A DNA stretch of 64,000 nucleotides from Corallochytrium limacisporum Hawaii (Eukaryota > Protista > Pluriformea): the NCBI GenBank assembly GCA_002811645.1, contig PDIP01000043.1, forward strand, positions 191,807 to 255,806. Direction: 5' to 3'. Below the pieces are notes generated by a model. That model was not told the origin of the DNA, made no database searches, and worked only from the letters and a program-made list of their open reading frames with translations. The position numbers and the translations under genes are program-made. This document shows, piece by piece, positions 63,556-64,000 of this stretch (the stretch's first letter is position 1; every line of letters starts with the position of its first letter).

Positions 63556-64000
63556 CCCGTTCTAACGCGTTCGTGGAATATGCCCAGTACTGACCATATT
63601 TTTTAAAGTCCTCCAGATCTGACTAAATAGGACAAACCGTCGCTTTTACGCGATTTATACAAGTTTGCGTTACCTCACGCACACAAACACCTTTATAGGA
63701 ATGAACTTTCTGCTGCGATAAGCTCAGGGTCTCAAACCGTCGGTGACCACCGCTCCTCGGTAAACCACGGTGAAGGGGAGAGTAACGAATTTTACGCGCC
63801 CAATATTTCGGGGCCTATTTCAGCGAAAACAGCCAGTTTCCATCGTCAGGGAAATTTAAGGGATTCGTCCATTCAACTGGTCCGTCCCTACTTAATGTAC
63901 CAGTCACCGGCAGATTGTGTAAAAATAGAATCACAGTTGGTACCACCCTCTGTCTGAGAATATTGTATCAAATCTACTCATTTTGATTTAGCTCTGCCGT

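Noticed and set aside
1-64000. tRNA, rRNA, snRNA, CRISPR arrays, transposons
   Set aside because: No cloverleaf, rRNA or U-snRNA signature, repeat-spacer array, transposase or reverse transcriptase ORF recognised by eye

Overview
Gene-dense eukaryotic nuclear DNA with 26 intact protein-coding genes and one pseudogene; no coding region needs an intron. The genes mix animal-like families (bifunctional RNGTT capping enzyme, ADPGK, FBXO21, LRRC40, LRRC45, REPS-like, CTC1, C3orf33-like) with fungal-like ones (DUG2, TGL3/4-type lipase). This suggests an intron-poor unicellular opisthokont, probably a holozoan such as Corallochytrium (inference, not tested). Most genes sit in tight tail-to-tail pairs, and their upstream regions carry a recurring poly-C/poly-G element. 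The most novel signals are non-coding: (i) a ~1.2-kb nested RNA fold (8321-9534) ending 3 nt before the start codon of a GH47 mannosidase; (ii) two ORF-free, stem-rich loci (~30.3-31.0 kb and ~52.6-53.5 kb) where a + strand partner gene would be expected; (iii) candidate introns confined to 5' leaders. A CCDC180/CFAP76-like ciliary gene is broken by two in-frame stops and a frameshift. All homology calls are by motif recognition and all RNA pairings were found by eye; no database search or folding computation was run.
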